A stretch of DNA of 64,000 nucleotides from Gemmatimonadota bacterium (GCA_963666735.1 OY762926.1:2495319-2559318); one strand, 5' to 3'. Shown: positions 28,905-39,480, counted from the first letter of the stretch. Notes: generated by a model from the letters alone, not told the origin. Numbers and translations are program-made.

Positions 28905-30194
28905 ATGGCGCGGGGGACGGGGACGGAAGGCGAGTACGATACCGACGGAAACGGAGGCGAGGTGAACGACCGCGAAGAAGGTTCGGGACTCACGCGGCGA
29001 GCCCTGATCGCTGGAGCCGCCGCGGCGGCCGGGGGCGCAATCACGGCCGGCGCAACGCGCGGACTGGTGCAGGATGCGGCGGACCCGACGAAGGTTCCGG
29101 GCGCTCGACCCGTCGTGGTCGGATCCCGCTCTCCTCACGAGACGCCTGAGAAGCTCCTGTCCGGTTCCATGGGCGGTTCCTCGCGCACGCCACTCCAGGA
29201 CCTGCACGGGATCATGACGCCGGCGGACCTCCACTTCGAGCGGCATCATCACGGGATTCCCGAGATCGACCCAGCTCGTTATCGGCTGCTGATCCACGGG
29301 ATGGTGGACCGGCCCACGCTGTTCACGCTCGACGACCTGAAGCGGTTCCCGCAGGTCTCGAAGCTGCTCTTCATCGAGTGCTCGGGGAACGGCGGGGGCG
29401 CCTACTCCCCGGCGCCCAGCCCGGAGCACACGCCGCAGTCGGTCGACGGACTTCTGAGCACGAGCGAGTGGTCCGGGGTCGCGCTTTCCACCCTGTTCGA
29501 GGAGGTGGGGGCGCACGCGGACGCGACCTGGTTCCTGGCCGAGGGCTCCGACGCGGCGGTCATGGGCCGCAGCATCCCGATGGAGAAGGCGTGGGACGAC
29601 GCGATGATCGCCTACGCCCAGAACGGCGAGGCGATACGGCCCGAGCAGGGCTACCCCGCGCGGGTGTTCCTGCCCGGGTGGGAGGGCAACGCGAGCGTGA
29701 AATGGGTCCGGCGGATCGAGCTCTCCGACCGCCCTTCCATGTTCCGGGACGAGACCTCCAAGTACACCGATCCGCTGCCGGACGGGACGGCGCGGCAGTT
29801 CTCGTTCGTGATGGACGCGAAGTCGATCATCACCTACCCGACCTACCCGCAGCGGCTGTCGGAACCCGGGTTCGTGGAGATCTCCGGTTACGCCTGGACC
29901 GGCCGCGGCCTCATCGAGCGCGTCGAGGTAAGCACGGACGGCGGCGGCTCGTGGCACGACGCGGCGCTCCAGGAACCCGTGCTGCCCAAGTGTACGACGC
30001 GGTTCCGCCACGGCTGGGAGTGGGACGGCGGCCCGGCGCACCTGCTGAGCCGCGCAACCGACGAGACGGGCTACACGCAACCGGTCCGGCAGCAGGTCCT
30101 CGACGCGCGCGGGCCCGGCACGCGGTATCACTCCAACGCGATCCGCGGGTGGCGCGTGGCGAGCGACGGCTCCATCACCTTCGCGCCGGTATGA
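28905..30194 (+). CDS. Sulfite dehydrogenase/oxidase molybdopterin subunit (SorA-like), Tat-exported
   Basis: Tat motif TRRALIAGAAAAAG; Mo-cofactor domain (FIECSGNGG...), dimerisation domain. Confidence 0.8.
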   Translation: MARGTGTEGEYDTDGNGGEVNDREEGSGLTRRALIAGAAAAAGGAITAGATRGLVQDAADPTKVPGARPVVVGSRSPHETPEKLLSGSMGGSSRTPLQDLHGIMTPADLHFERHHHGIPEIDPARYRLLIHGMVDRPTLFTLDDLKRFPQVSKLLFIECSGNGGGAYSPAPSPEHTPQSVDGLLSTSEWSGVALSTLFEEVGAHADATWFLAEGSDAAVMGRSIPMEKAWDDAMIAYAQNGEAIRPEQGYPARVFLPGWEGNASVKWVRRIELSDRPSMFRDETSKYTDPLPDGTARQFSFVMDAKSIITYPTYPQRLSEPGFVEISGYAWTGRGLIERVEVSTDGGGSWHDAALQEPVLPKCTTRFRHGWEWDGGPAHLLSRATDETGYTQPVRQQVLDARGPGTRYHSNAIRGWRVASDGSITFAPV

Positions 30195-30868
30195 GCCGCG
30201 CCAGGGTGGTCTCGCGGCTGCTGGCGCTGGCGGCCCTTATGCCCGTGCTGGCGGCCTGCGGCTCGGATGAGGGCAGTCGGACGACCGAGTCCGGCGCCAG
30301 CGCCATGGCCGTAACCATCGCCTCCGGCGACGATCCGCAGGCCTCGCAGGCTTCGGGACGGGCCGGCGCGGCCCAGCCCGTGTACGGCTTCGGGACTCCC
30401 GCGACGGAATCGCAGATCGCGGCGTGGGACATCGACATCGGTCCCGACGGCGCGGGTCTGCCGCCCGGACGGGGCACGGTCGCGGAGGGCCTCGAAGTCT
30501 GGGAGCGGCACCGCTGCGTTCTCTGCCACGGACCCAGCGGGCGCGAAGGGCCGAACGACATCATCGCGGGCCGCATCCCGGGCGACGAGTTCCCGTTCGC
30601 GAACGACCGCACGCTGCGCTCGACGGTCGGCAACTACTGGCCCTACGCGACGACGCTGTTCGACTACACGCGCCGCGCCATGCCCTTCGACCTGCCGGGA
30701 ACGATGACGGACGAAGAGGTCTACGCGGTGGTCGGGGCCATGCTCTACTTCAACGACCTGCTGCCGGCGGATGCCGTCGTAGATTCGGCCACCGTCGTCG
30801 ACACCCACATGCCGGCCCGCAACCGCTTCGTCCCCGACAACCGAACCGGCGGCCCCGAGGTCCGCTGA
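30191..30868 (+). CDS. Cytochrome c subunit (SorB-like), ATGA-coupled to sorA
   Basis: CVLCHG heme-binding site; signal/lipobox LAACGS. Confidence 0.7.
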   Translation: MSRARVVSRLLALAALMPVLAACGSDEGSRTTESGASAMAVTIASGDDPQASQASGRAGAAQPVYGFGTPATESQIAAWDIDIGPDGAGLPPGRGTVAEGLEVWERHRCVLCHGPSGREGPNDIIAGRIPGDEFPFANDRTLRSTVGNYWPYATTLFDYTRRAMPFDLPGTMTDEEVYAVVGAMLYFNDLLPADAVVDSATVVDTHMPARNRFVPDNRTGGPEVR

Positions 30869-30877
30869 GAAGCGCGG

Positions 30878-31165
30878 CTACACGAGCTCGATTCTGAGCC
30901 GTCGGCCGAGCGCTTCGGCGGCCCCTATCAGCGTGGCGAGTTGTATCCGATCGTTGCCCGGATCCAGGATCCGGTCCAGCTGGCTGCGGCTCGTGTTCAT
31001 CTTCCTCGCCATCGCGTTTTTGCTCAAACGTTCCGTAGCCATGGCTTCCTTCAATTGCCACGCGATGACGCGCTTGACGGCCGCGGCCGTCGTCTCCTCC
31101 AGCGTTCCGTGTTCCCGGAGATAGTCCTCGAACGACGAACCGACGCGTCCTCTTTCTTCAACCAT
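30878..31165 (-). CDS. HTH (XRE-like) antitoxin
   Basis: 95 aa; ...LSKNAMARKMNTSRSQLDRIL...LATLIGAAEALGRRLRIELV. Confidence 0.65.
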   Translation of the reverse strand: MVEERGRVGSSFEDYLREHGTLEETTAAAVKRVIAWQLKEAMATERLSKNAMARKMNTSRSQLDRILDPGNDRIQLATLIGAAEALGRRLRIELV

Positions 31166-31508
31166 GAGCGATCCCCCTTGCCCGCTTTCGTGCGATGTCC
31201 ATATCGGACTTCGGCGTCTCCTTTGTCTTCTTCACGAATCCGTGCAGCAACACCAACCGATTGTCGTGGATCAGGAAGATCACGCGAGCGATCCGCCCGC
31301 CGCTGATCCGCGATCGAATCTCATGGAGACCCCGGCCAAGTGATCGGGTGAGCGGCATGCCAACCGGCCATCCGAATTCGACCGTGGCGATGTCAGTTCC
31401 GATGGTACGGCGGCTCTCGCTGTCGAGATCCAGAAGCCACTCCCGCACGGGTTCGTTGCCGCCAGCGGTGGCATAGAACGCGGCGGGGAGTCGCTTAGGC
31501 GCCGGCAT
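31158..31508 (-). CDS. RelE/ParE-family (HigB-2/Gp49-like) toxin
   Basis: 116 aa, ...EFGWPVGMPLTRSLGRGLHEIRSRISGGRIARVIF...; 8-nt overlap with antitoxin. Confidence 0.65.
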   Translation of the reverse strand: MPAPKRLPAAFYATAGGNEPVREWLLDLDSESRRTIGTDIATVEFGWPVGMPLTRSLGRGLHEIRSRISGGRIARVIFLIHDNRLVLLHGFVKKTKETPKSDMDIARKRARGIAHG

Positions 31509-31564
31509 GGTATCTTGCGGGATGCATGTACCTTATGTGGTACAGCGCGTCAAGTGGGTCTCAA

Positions 31565-32461
31565 CTACAGTTCTGTGGTGAGGTGGGCGCGGTATTCCTG
31601 GAGTTCCGCCTGTTCGTGGTCGGGCAGCGTGGGGTGCGTGAGATCGAGCGTGGCGAGTTGATCGCGCACCAGCTGGGCGACGAGTAGCCGCATCCAGGGC
31701 TTCGAGTCGGCGGGGATCGCGTACCACGGCGCCCACGGGCGGGCGGTCGCGTTGATCGCGTCCTCGTAGGCGGCCATGTACTCGTCCCAATGCCGCCGCT
31801 CCTCGATGTCCGCGCGGCTGAACTTCCAGTTCTTGTCGGGGCGATCGATGCGGCGCAGGAAGCGGCGCGCCTGCTCCTCCCTCGAGATGTTGAGCCAGAA
31901 CTTCAGGATCACGGTCCCGTTGCGGGCCAGGTGCGCCTCGTGATCCCGGATCGACTGGTAGCGCTCCTCGCAGCGTTCCATGATCGGGAGCCGGCGCGGC
32001 AGCTTCTGCCGCTCCAGGTAATCGGGGTGGACCCGCACGATGAGCACTTCCTCGTAGTAGCTGCGGTTGAAGATCCCGATCCGGCCCTTCTCCGGGAGCC
32101 GGCGCGTCGTGCGCCACAGGAAGTCGTGCCTCGCCTCTTCGTTGGACGGCGCCTCGAAGGCGTTGATCCGGAATCCCGCCGGGTTCACGCCCGTCATGAC
32201 CGCCCGCAGCGTCGAGTCCTTGCCGGCCGCGTCCATCGCCTGGAAGACGAGCAGCACCGCGTAGTGCCGGTGCGCGTGGAGACGCCGCTGGAGCCGCGAG
32301 ATCTCGCGGACCGTGCGTTTCAGTTCCTTCTTGATCGCGGCGTCGGACGGCGCGTCGGGCGGCGGCGCGGCAATCGCCCGGGCGATTTCGAAGTCGCCGT
32401 CGTAGCTGATCCGGAACGGACTCTCGGGCGGCGAGAAGTCGATCATGAGAGGTGCCTCCAC
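31565..32461 (-). CDS. ppk2: Polyphosphate kinase 2 family (PPK2)
   Basis: VLLVFQAMDAAGKDSTLR Walker A-like, full-length PPK2 similarity. Confidence 0.85.
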   Translation of the reverse strand: MEAPLMIDFSPPESPFRISYDGDFEIARAIAAPPPDAPSDAAIKKELKRTVREISRLQRRLHAHRHYAVLLVFQAMDAAGKDSTLRAVMTGVNPAGFRINAFEAPSNEEARHDFLWRTTRRLPEKGRIGIFNRSYYEEVLIVRVHPDYLERQKLPRRLPIMERCEERYQSIRDHEAHLARNGTVILKFWLNISREEQARRFLRRIDRPDKNWKFSRADIEERRHWDEYMAAYEDAINATARPWAPWYAIPADSKPWMRLLVAQLVRDQLATLDLTHPTLPDHEQAELQEYRAHLTTEL

Positions 32462-32471
32462 CCGGCGGGGC

Positions 32472-34106
32472 TCAGAATCTGGAGCTGCGCAGCCAGGTGT
32501 CGGCGCGGACCCAGTAGCGATCGAATTCCCGGCGCGCCTCCTGCGCCTGGGCCGGCTTCTCCTGCGCCTCGAGCGCCCGCATGAGGCCGAACCAGGCCCA
32601 GCCCTGATTGGGCAGATCTTCGAGCGCGTCGCGGTACACCCGCTCCGCCTCCGCTGGCCGGTCGTTTTCGAGCAGGATGGCGCCGAGCGTGTGACGGACC
32701 GGCATATGCCACGCCCGCGGCTCGGAGTAGATCAGTCCGTCTTCCTTCTCGATCCCGTGTCTCAGCGCCGTCTCGGCCTCGTCCGCCTTTCCCTCCGCGT
32801 TCAGGATCTCTCCGGCGAGGATCGAGCGCGGCAGCGCGACGACGTCCGAGAGCGGGCTGTAGCGGAAGGTGGCGGAGGGATCGGCGTCCTCAAGCACCCC
32901 GTCGATCTCCTCGAGATGGCCCCGCGCGACGTCGACGTGTCCCATGCGGAGGTAGGCCAGGCCGCGCGAGAAGCTCCACGCCACGAGCTCCATGGGCTCG
33001 TCCGATTTCGGGCCGCCCCCCGCCAGAATCTCGCTCCAGCGGCCGAACGCCGCGTAGGTGAGCGGGATGTAGGCCGCCCACGGGCCGCGGTGTCCCGCCA
33101 GATCCTTCGCCGCCTGGATCGCGACGGCGCTCTGCCCGTCCATCACGGCGGCGTTGAGCAGCATGTGCAGGTTGTGCGACGGATAGACGCCGGGAGGACC
33201 GCCGTGCTCCGCCTTCTGGTCCGCGTGCCACGCCTGCTGGTTGCCGCGCACCGCGTCGCCCCAGCGGCCGATGTTCATGTAGATGTGCGTCGGCATGTGG
33301 TGGATGTGGCTCACCGCGATCTGGCTGCCGAGGTGGTCCGAACACGCCTCGGCCAGACCCGGCTCCTGCGACGCCTCCACGAGGTGGATGTAGAGGTGAC
33401 AGGCGCCGGGGTGACGGATGTCGCGCGCCAGGACGGTTTCGAGGATGGGACGGATCTTCTTCACGTCGTCCGCCTTGAGATCGACATCGCCGCGGCGGGG
33501 CCGCAGCAGCATCCACGACTCGGCCTGCAGCGTGAGCACGTCCAGATCGTCCGGGAAGCGCGCCGCGACCTTGTCCATCTCGCGCGCGTACAGCGTGTCG
33601 AGCATACGGCGGCGGGAGCGTTCCGGGTCGGCCTCGAAGCGCACGTCGAAGGCGTCGATCAGCGCCTGCTCGACCTCGGTCGCCCTCGACCTGTGCTCCT
33701 TGGCCTTCTGCATGGCGGCGTGGGCCGAGCGTTCATTCCCGGGCGACATGCCGCCGTTCAGGTACGGGGCCAGCGACCACGCCTCGCCCCAGTAGCACGA
33801 GGCGCACTCCGGGTCCTCGGCCTGTGAGGCCCGGAACGACTCCTCGGCGATCGAGGTCCCGAAGGCGTACATGAAGAGGAGGCCCTCGTCGAAGTAGGCC
33901 TGCGCCTTCTCCGACTGCGTGGTGACCGGGCGCTTGTGCGGCCCCAGGTTCCCGTACAGCGGCGTCGAGTTGCCGTCGCCGTTGCCCGCCTGCGCGGCGC
34001 CCGCCATGGAGGCCCCCGCCATCTGCGGCGTACTACGCTGCCCGCTCGAACACCCGGCCACCAGCACCGCCAGGCCCACCGCCAACATCAGATTACATCG
34101 CCGCAT
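32472..34106 (-). CDS. TPR-repeat lipoprotein of unknown function; start ATG 34106 with GAGGAGG SD
   Basis: Lipobox LVAGCSS; alpha-helical repeats. Confidence 0.5.
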   Translation of the reverse strand: MRRCNLMLAVGLAVLVAGCSSGQRSTPQMAGASMAGAAQAGNGDGNSTPLYGNLGPHKRPVTTQSEKAQAYFDEGLLFMYAFGTSIAEESFRASQAEDPECASCYWGEAWSLAPYLNGGMSPGNERSAHAAMQKAKEHRSRATEVEQALIDAFDVRFEADPERSRRRMLDTLYAREMDKVAARFPDDLDVLTLQAESWMLLRPRRGDVDLKADDVKKIRPILETVLARDIRHPGACHLYIHLVEASQEPGLAEACSDHLGSQIAVSHIHHMPTHIYMNIGRWGDAVRGNQQAWHADQKAEHGGPPGVYPSHNLHMLLNAAVMDGQSAVAIQAAKDLAGHRGPWAAYIPLTYAAFGRWSEILAGGGPKSDEPMELVAWSFSRGLAYLRMGHVDVARGHLEEIDGVLEDADPSATFRYSPLSDVVALPRSILAGEILNAEGKADEAETALRHGIEKEDGLIYSEPRAWHMPVRHTLGAILLENDRPAEAERVYRDALEDLPNQGWAWFGLMRALEAQEKPAQAQEARREFDRYWVRADTWLRSSRF

Positions 34107-34143
34107 CGAGCTTCCTCCTCTTGTTCGCCGCCCGTGGCCGGAG

Positions 34144-35721
34144 TCAGACCCCGGGGCCCGCCGTACACACGTCCGGCGGGCAGTCGTCCTCGTATTCCCT
34201 GAAGTTCTCCTTGAAGAGCCGCGCCAGGTGCGCGGCCTTCTCATCGTACGCCGCCGCATCCGGCCAGGTTGCCCGCGGCCGCAGAATCTCGCTCGGCACT
34301 CCCGGCACTTCCGTCACGACGTGCACCCCGAATACCGGGTCCGGCTCCGTCGGGGCGCCGGCCAGCTCGCCCGCGTGGATGGCGTCGACCATCCGGCGCG
34401 TATGCGGCAGGTCGATCCGCGCACCGACACCGAACGGCCCCCCGCTCCAGCCCGTGTTCACGAGCCACACCTTCACGCCGTGCTCGCGCATTCGCTCGGC
34501 GAGCAGGCTCGCGTACTTCGCCGGGTGCCACACCAGGAAAGGCCCGCCGAAACAGGGCGAGAACGTGGCCACGGGATCCGTGACGCCGACCTCCGTGCCC
34601 GCGACCTTTGCCGTGTACCCGCTGATGAAGTGGTACATGGCCTGCTCGGGCGTCAACCGGCTCACCGGCGGCAGCACGCCGAACGCGTCCGCCGTCAGGA
34701 AGATCACGTCCGTCGGGTGGCCCGCCACGCACGGCACCTTCGCGTTCTCGATGAACTCGATCGGGTAGCTGCCGCGGGTGTTCTGTGTGATCGACGAGTC
34801 CGACCAGTCCACGCTCCCGTCGTCGCGCAACACGACGTTCTCAAGCACCGCTCCGTACCGCAGGGCCCGGTAGATGTCGGGCTCCTTCTCCTCGGAGAGG
34901 TCGATCGCCTTCGCGTAGCAGCCGCCCTCGATGTTGAAGATCCCGGAGTCGGTCCAGCAGTGCTCGTCGTCGCCGATCAACAGGCGGTGCGGATCCGCCG
35001 ACAGCGTCGTCTTCCCCGTCCCCGACAGACCGAAGAGGAGCGACGAGGCGCCGGTCTCCGGATCCGTCGTCGCCGAGCAGTGCATGGAGAGCACGTCCCG
35101 TTTCGGCATGAGGTAGTTCATGATCGTGAACACGCCCTTCTTCATCTCTCCCGCGTACTCCGTGCCCAGAATGCAGGCCTCGTTGTCGGCGAAGGAGAGA
35201 TCGACGCTCGTCGGCGAGGTGACGCCCTCCACCGACGGGTCCGCCGCCTCCTGGCCCGCGTTGTAGACGACGAAGTCGGGTTCGCCGAACTCCGCCAGTT
35301 CCCCGGGCGTGGGGCGGATGAGCATGTTGTGCATGAAGAGGGCGTGGTACGGGCGGTTGCAGATGATCCGGACGTTGAGGCGGTACTCCGGGTCCCAGCC
35401 CGCGAAGCCATCGATGACGTAGAGGAGATCCCGCGCGTTCAGGAAGGCACGCGCGCGGGCCCTGTTCCGCAGGAAGCTCTCGCGCTCGAGGGGGAAGTTG
35501 ACCGGACCCCACCAGACATCCCGCTCGGTCTCGGGATCGCGCACCACGTGCTTGTCGTTCGGCGAGCGGCCGGTCTTGGCGCCGGAAAAAGCCACGAGGG
35601 CTCCGTTCGCCGCCTTGATCGCGCCGGGTTCGCGTCCTCTCAGGGCATCGGCATAGAGCTCCTCCACGGAGGGATTCCGTTTGATGCGGGTGACGGTGAT
35701 GCCGTGCGCGGTGAGGTTCAT
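34144..35721 (-). CDS. pckA: Phosphoenolpyruvate carboxykinase (ATP)
   Basis: GLSGTGKTTLS kinase-1a, TGRSPNDK, full-length; start MNLTAHGI by comparison with known PckA N-termini. Confidence 0.9.
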   Translation of the reverse strand: MNLTAHGITVTRIKRNPSVEELYADALRGREPGAIKAANGALVAFSGAKTGRSPNDKHVVRDPETERDVWWGPVNFPLERESFLRNRARARAFLNARDLLYVIDGFAGWDPEYRLNVRIICNRPYHALFMHNMLIRPTPGELAEFGEPDFVVYNAGQEAADPSVEGVTSPTSVDLSFADNEACILGTEYAGEMKKGVFTIMNYLMPKRDVLSMHCSATTDPETGASSLLFGLSGTGKTTLSADPHRLLIGDDEHCWTDSGIFNIEGGCYAKAIDLSEEKEPDIYRALRYGAVLENVVLRDDGSVDWSDSSITQNTRGSYPIEFIENAKVPCVAGHPTDVIFLTADAFGVLPPVSRLTPEQAMYHFISGYTAKVAGTEVGVTDPVATFSPCFGGPFLVWHPAKYASLLAERMREHGVKVWLVNTGWSGGPFGVGARIDLPHTRRMVDAIHAGELAGAPTEPDPVFGVHVVTEVPGVPSEILRPRATWPDAAAYDEKAAHLARLFKENFREYEDDCPPDVCTAGPGV

Positions 35722-35905
35722 GGTGCCGATTTCGGCTGTTTTTGGGCTGCTGTGGTCGCCATATGTCATCGTCGCCATAATCAAGGGAGGGCCGACACCA
35801 CGGCGACGAGCCCACGAATCAAGGACGGGCTCCCAGCGCCGTACGGAATCGGCGCCGACCGTCCGATTCACGAGCAATCCGTCAAAATAAGCCTTCAGAC
35901 TTGAG

Positions 35906-36931
35906 ATGACTACCGAAACGGGGGAAATCCTCATGACCGGCCCGGCACGATCTTCGATCTCTCGCGGACTCGCCGTCGTCCTTTGCGGCGTGGCGGCTGC
36001 TGCAGCGGCTGCAGCGATTCCAGCGGCGGCGAACGCGGCTCAGGAGGCGGACGACCCGCCGTGGCGCTGGTCGGAGGAGCGCGTGTTCGAGGCCGTCAAC
36101 CGGGTGCGGGCGGGGCGCGACCTCAACCCGGACTCGTGGCCGGACGGCGGCCGCGTCGCCGTGCTGCTCTCCTTCGACGTGGACAACGAGACGGTCTGGC
36201 TGCGCAACGGCGACACCAACGTGGGGGGGCTCTCGCAGGGAGAGTACGGTTCGCGCGTCGCCCTCGGCCGCGTCGTGGACCTCCTCGACGAGTACGGGAT
36301 CGCGGCCTCCTTCTTCGGCCCCGCGCTCAGCTTCAGCCTCGCGCCGCACCAGATCGGGATGATCCAGGCCTCCGGGCGGCACGAGATCGGCGTCCACGGC
36401 TGGATCCACGAGCGCAACGCGACGCTCCCGCGCGAGGAGGAGGAACGTCTCCTGCGCATGGCCGTGGAGCGCATGACGGAACTCATGGGCGAACGCCCGG
36501 TCGGCTACCGCGCGCCGTCGTGGAACTTCAGCGACGCGACGCTCGACCTGCTGCTCGAGATGGACTTCCTGTACGACTCGTCCCTGATGGCGGACGACCG
36601 GCCGTACGAGATCAACGCGAACGGCGAGCCCACGGGCCTCGTCGAACTTCCGGTGGACTGGATCCTCGACGATGCTCCGCTCTTCAACCCCCTCGGCGAC
36701 CGCTACGCCAACCCGCGCGAGGTGCTTGAGGTGTACAAGGACGAGTTCGACGTGGCCTACGAGGAGGGGACGATGTTCCTCCTCACCATGCACCCGCACT
36801 ACATCGGGCACCGCTCGCGGATCGTCATCCTGCGCGAACTCATCGAGCACATGCGGTCGAAGCCGGGCGTGTGGTTCGGCACGCACCGCGACGCCGTCGA
36901 ATGGGTCCGAGCCCAAGCGTCGATGCCGTGA
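35906..36931 (+). CDS. Polysaccharide deacetylase (NodB-homology) family, secreted
   Basis: LSFDVDNET, HGWIHE motifs; signal peptide. Confidence 0.75.
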   Translation: MTTETGEILMTGPARSSISRGLAVVLCGVAAAAAAAAIPAAANAAQEADDPPWRWSEERVFEAVNRVRAGRDLNPDSWPDGGRVAVLLSFDVDNETVWLRNGDTNVGGLSQGEYGSRVALGRVVDLLDEYGIAASFFGPALSFSLAPHQIGMIQASGRHEIGVHGWIHERNATLPREEEERLLRMAVERMTELMGERPVGYRAPSWNFSDATLDLLLEMDFLYDSSLMADDRPYEINANGEPTGLVELPVDWILDDAPLFNPLGDRYANPREVLEVYKDEFDVAYEEGTMFLLTMHPHYIGHRSRIVILRELIEHMRSKPGVWFGTHRDAVEWVRAQASMP

Positions 36932-36964
36932 CATACCGGCGCCATGGGTATATGTTTTTATGTC

Positions 36965-37213
36965 ATGCGAACCACAATTCGGCTGGACGATGACCTCATG
37001 CGAGCGGTGAAGCGTCATGCGCTCGAGTCGGGAACGACCGTCACGGCCGTCATCTCGCAGTCGCTACGGGAGCGACTTCAACGGCACAGGAACCGGACTT
37101 CGAACCCGCCCACGCCGCTTTCTCTCGTAACCGCGGGGGAGGGCGGCCTGCTGCCCGGCGTCGACCTCGATGATTCCGCAGCCCTCATCGAACTCATGGA
37201 AGACGGCGTTTGA
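36965..37213 (+). CDS. vapB: VapB-like RHH antitoxin
   Basis: MRTTIRLDDDLMRAVKRHALESGTTVTAVISQSLRERL. Confidence 0.6.
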   Translation: MRTTIRLDDDLMRAVKRHALESGTTVTAVISQSLRERLQRHRNRTSNPPTPLSLVTAGEGGLLPGVDLDDSAALIELMEDGV

Positions 37214-37668
37214 TCCTTCCCGACGTCAACATCCTCATCTACGCCCATCGCCGCGATGCTCCGGACCATCGGCAATATCTCGAATGGCTGATCGCCGAGG
37301 TCGACTCCGATGCGGCGTTCGGGCTGAGCCCGCTGGTTCTCAGCGGATTCATCCGCGTGGTCACGCACCCGAAGGTCTTCAAGAGTCCGAGTATGCTGTC
37401 CGAGGCGACCGCGTTCGCGGAGCAACTTCGTGAGCGGCCCAACTGCATCGAGGTGACACCCGGCTCCCGCCATTGGGCCATCTTCCTGCGGTTGTGCCAT
37501 CAGGCCGGGACGAGGGGCAACCTGGTGCCGGACGCGTATCTGGCGGCGATGGCGATCGAGAGCGGATGCGAGTGGGTGACGACCGACCGCGATTTCAGTC
37601 GATTCGAGGGGCTGAAGTGGCGCCATCCGCTCCCAAGTCCGTTGTCGGTCATTGTTGCGCCGAAATGA
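37210..37668 (+). CDS. vapC: VapC PIN-domain toxin (ATGA-coupled)
   Basis: MILPDVNILIYAHRRD... Confidence 0.75.
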   Translation: MILPDVNILIYAHRRDAPDHRQYLEWLIAEVDSDAAFGLSPLVLSGFIRVVTHPKVFKSPSMLSEATAFAEQLRERPNCIEVTPGSRHWAIFLRLCHQAGTRGNLVPDAYLAAMAIESGCEWVTTDRDFSRFEGLKWRHPLPSPLSVIVAPK

Positions 37669-37833
37669 CCGACAAACCAGCTTGTCCGCCATGGGTGACC
37701 GGCAAACCCACACAGAATGCGAGGAGGAAGTCGTGGTGGCACGGATTCGACCCGGCCCCGGCGCCGCGGCGCGCGGCGTCGTCCCGGCGGCGGAACGAGT
37801 CTCGCCTCCGGCGCTCCCGCAAGGAGTCGGCTG

Positions 37834-38961
37834 ATGCCTCCGGTCCGCTACCACGCGGGTGCGTTTCCGCCGACATCGGAGGAATTTGACTGGCACGCGC
37901 TTCTGCCCCACCTCGGACCTGCGGCGGCTGCCGTCGCCCGATACGATGGCGTGCTCCAAGGCATTCCGAACTCGGGCGTCCTGCTGTCGCCGTTGTCGAC
38001 GCAGGAGGCCGTTCTCTCTTCGCGTATCGAGGGCACGCAGGCCACGATGACCGAGGTTCTGGAGCTCGAGGCCGGGGCCGAAGCTGAATCGCCGGAGCGC
38101 CGCGAGGACATCCACGAGATTCTGAACTACCGCCGGGCCATGTACGAGGCGGCGCGGATGCTGGAGACGCTTCCAATTTCCGGCCGCGTGATCCGCGGCG
38201 CCCACGCGGTGCTTCTGGACAGCGTGCGCGGAGCCGGAAGGTCGCCGGGGGAGTATCGCCGGGCGTCCAACTGGATCGGTCCCCCGGGGTGCGGCATCGA
38301 GGAGGCCCGCTTCGTGCCGCCCGCCGCCCACGAGATCCCGGACGCCATGGGCCGGTGGGAACGGTACGCCAACGAGGGTGCGGACGGGGTGCCGGACCGC
38401 TTGGTGCAGCTGGCCGTCCTCCATGCCGAGTTCGAGGCGCTGCATCCGTTTCTGGACGGCAACGGCCGGGTGGGGCGCATGCTCGTCCCCCTTCTGCTCT
38501 GGCAATGGAGAATGATCGAGCGCCCGCATCTCTACATCAGCGGATTTCTGGAGGCGCACCGGAACGACTACTACGACGCCCTGCTCTCCGTGTCGCGCGG
38601 CCGCGACTGGACGACATGGACCCTCTTCTTCCTGAGGGCCGTGCGTGCCCAGGCGGAGGAGAACCTGGCCAAGGCGAAGGGGATTCTGCAGCTGTACGAC
38701 GACCTGAAGAACCGAGTCCCCAAGATGACCCGGTCGCAATACGCGACGCTGGCGGTGAACTGGATGTTCGGGCGACCGATCTTCTCAAGCACCGATTTCG
38801 TGAAGAAGTCGGGCATTCCCGAGTCCACGGCGCGTCGCTTTCTCACGGTGCTGCGAGAGAACGACGTGATTGGGGAGCTCCTCCCGCCCGCCGGGCGGAG
38901 GGCCGCGCTGTGGGTCTTCCCCAGTCTGCTCAATTTGGCAGAGGGGCGGAAGGCGTTCTGA
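37834..38961 (+). CDS. fic: Fic family protein (AMPylase/filamentation), with Fic_N and C-terminal winged helix
   Basis: HPFLDGNGRVGR core motif; AAGGAG SD 7 nt upstream. Confidence 0.8.
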   Translation: MPPVRYHAGAFPPTSEEFDWHALLPHLGPAAAAVARYDGVLQGIPNSGVLLSPLSTQEAVLSSRIEGTQATMTEVLELEAGAEAESPERREDIHEILNYRRAMYEAARMLETLPISGRVIRGAHAVLLDSVRGAGRSPGEYRRASNWIGPPGCGIEEARFVPPAAHEIPDAMGRWERYANEGADGVPDRLVQLAVLHAEFEALHPFLDGNGRVGRMLVPLLLWQWRMIERPHLYISGFLEAHRNDYYDALLSVSRGRDWTTWTLFFLRAVRAQAEENLAKAKGILQLYDDLKNRVPKMTRSQYATLAVNWMFGRPIFSSTDFVKKSGIPESTARRFLTVLRENDVIGELLPPAGRRAALWVFPSLLNLAEGRKAF

Positions 38962-39098
38962 AGCGGAGCTGCGGGATCGCGGAGGCCACCGCGTTGTCGG
39001 TCACATGTGAGCAGCAAAACCGGTTGTTGCCCATCTAAGGCCAGAAGTGATCGACAAGATCGGGATCAGCCGGCGGCGATCTGAGGGCTCTGCTTCGG

Positions 39099-39312
39099 TC
39101 ATCCGGGACCGGCATCGAGCAGGTCGAGGATGAAGGCGAACTCGAAGGCGAGTTCCTCGTACTCCCGGTCCCGGCCGGAGCCGCCGCCGTGGCCCGCGTC
39201 CATGTGCGTCTTGAGGAGCAGGCGGTTCTCGTCCGTCTTCGTCGCGCGCAGCTTCGCGACCTTCATCTTCCCGTCCTCGTACCACGCCCGGCCCAGTTCC
39301 TGTCCGCACCGG
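39099..39312 (-). pseudogene. Degenerate partial duplicate of oligopeptidase B 3' end (two non-contiguous pieces joined: ~96% identical to 40971..41116 and 41506..41551)
   Basis: Direct nucleotide comparison within window. Confidence 0.6.
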
Positions 39313-39324
39313 CCTCGGGCCGCC

Positions 39325-39480
39325 AACCCGCCCACGCCGCTTTCTCTCGTAACCACAGCGGAGGGCGGCCTGCTGCCCGGCGTCGACCTCGATGATTCCG
39401 CAGCCCTCATCGGATCCGTGGAAGACAGCGTTTTGATCCCTCCCGACGGCAACGTCTTGGTCTACGCCCCACCATCAAGA
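39325..39480 (+). pseudogene. Partial duplicate (~90% id) of vapB 3' end / vapC 5' start (cf. 37096..37252)
   Basis: Direct nucleotide comparison within window. Confidence 0.55.

Noticed and set aside
37078-38739. 553-aa minus-strand ORF
   Set aside because: Antisense to the Fic gene with its clear HPFxDGNGRxGR motif; no domain content
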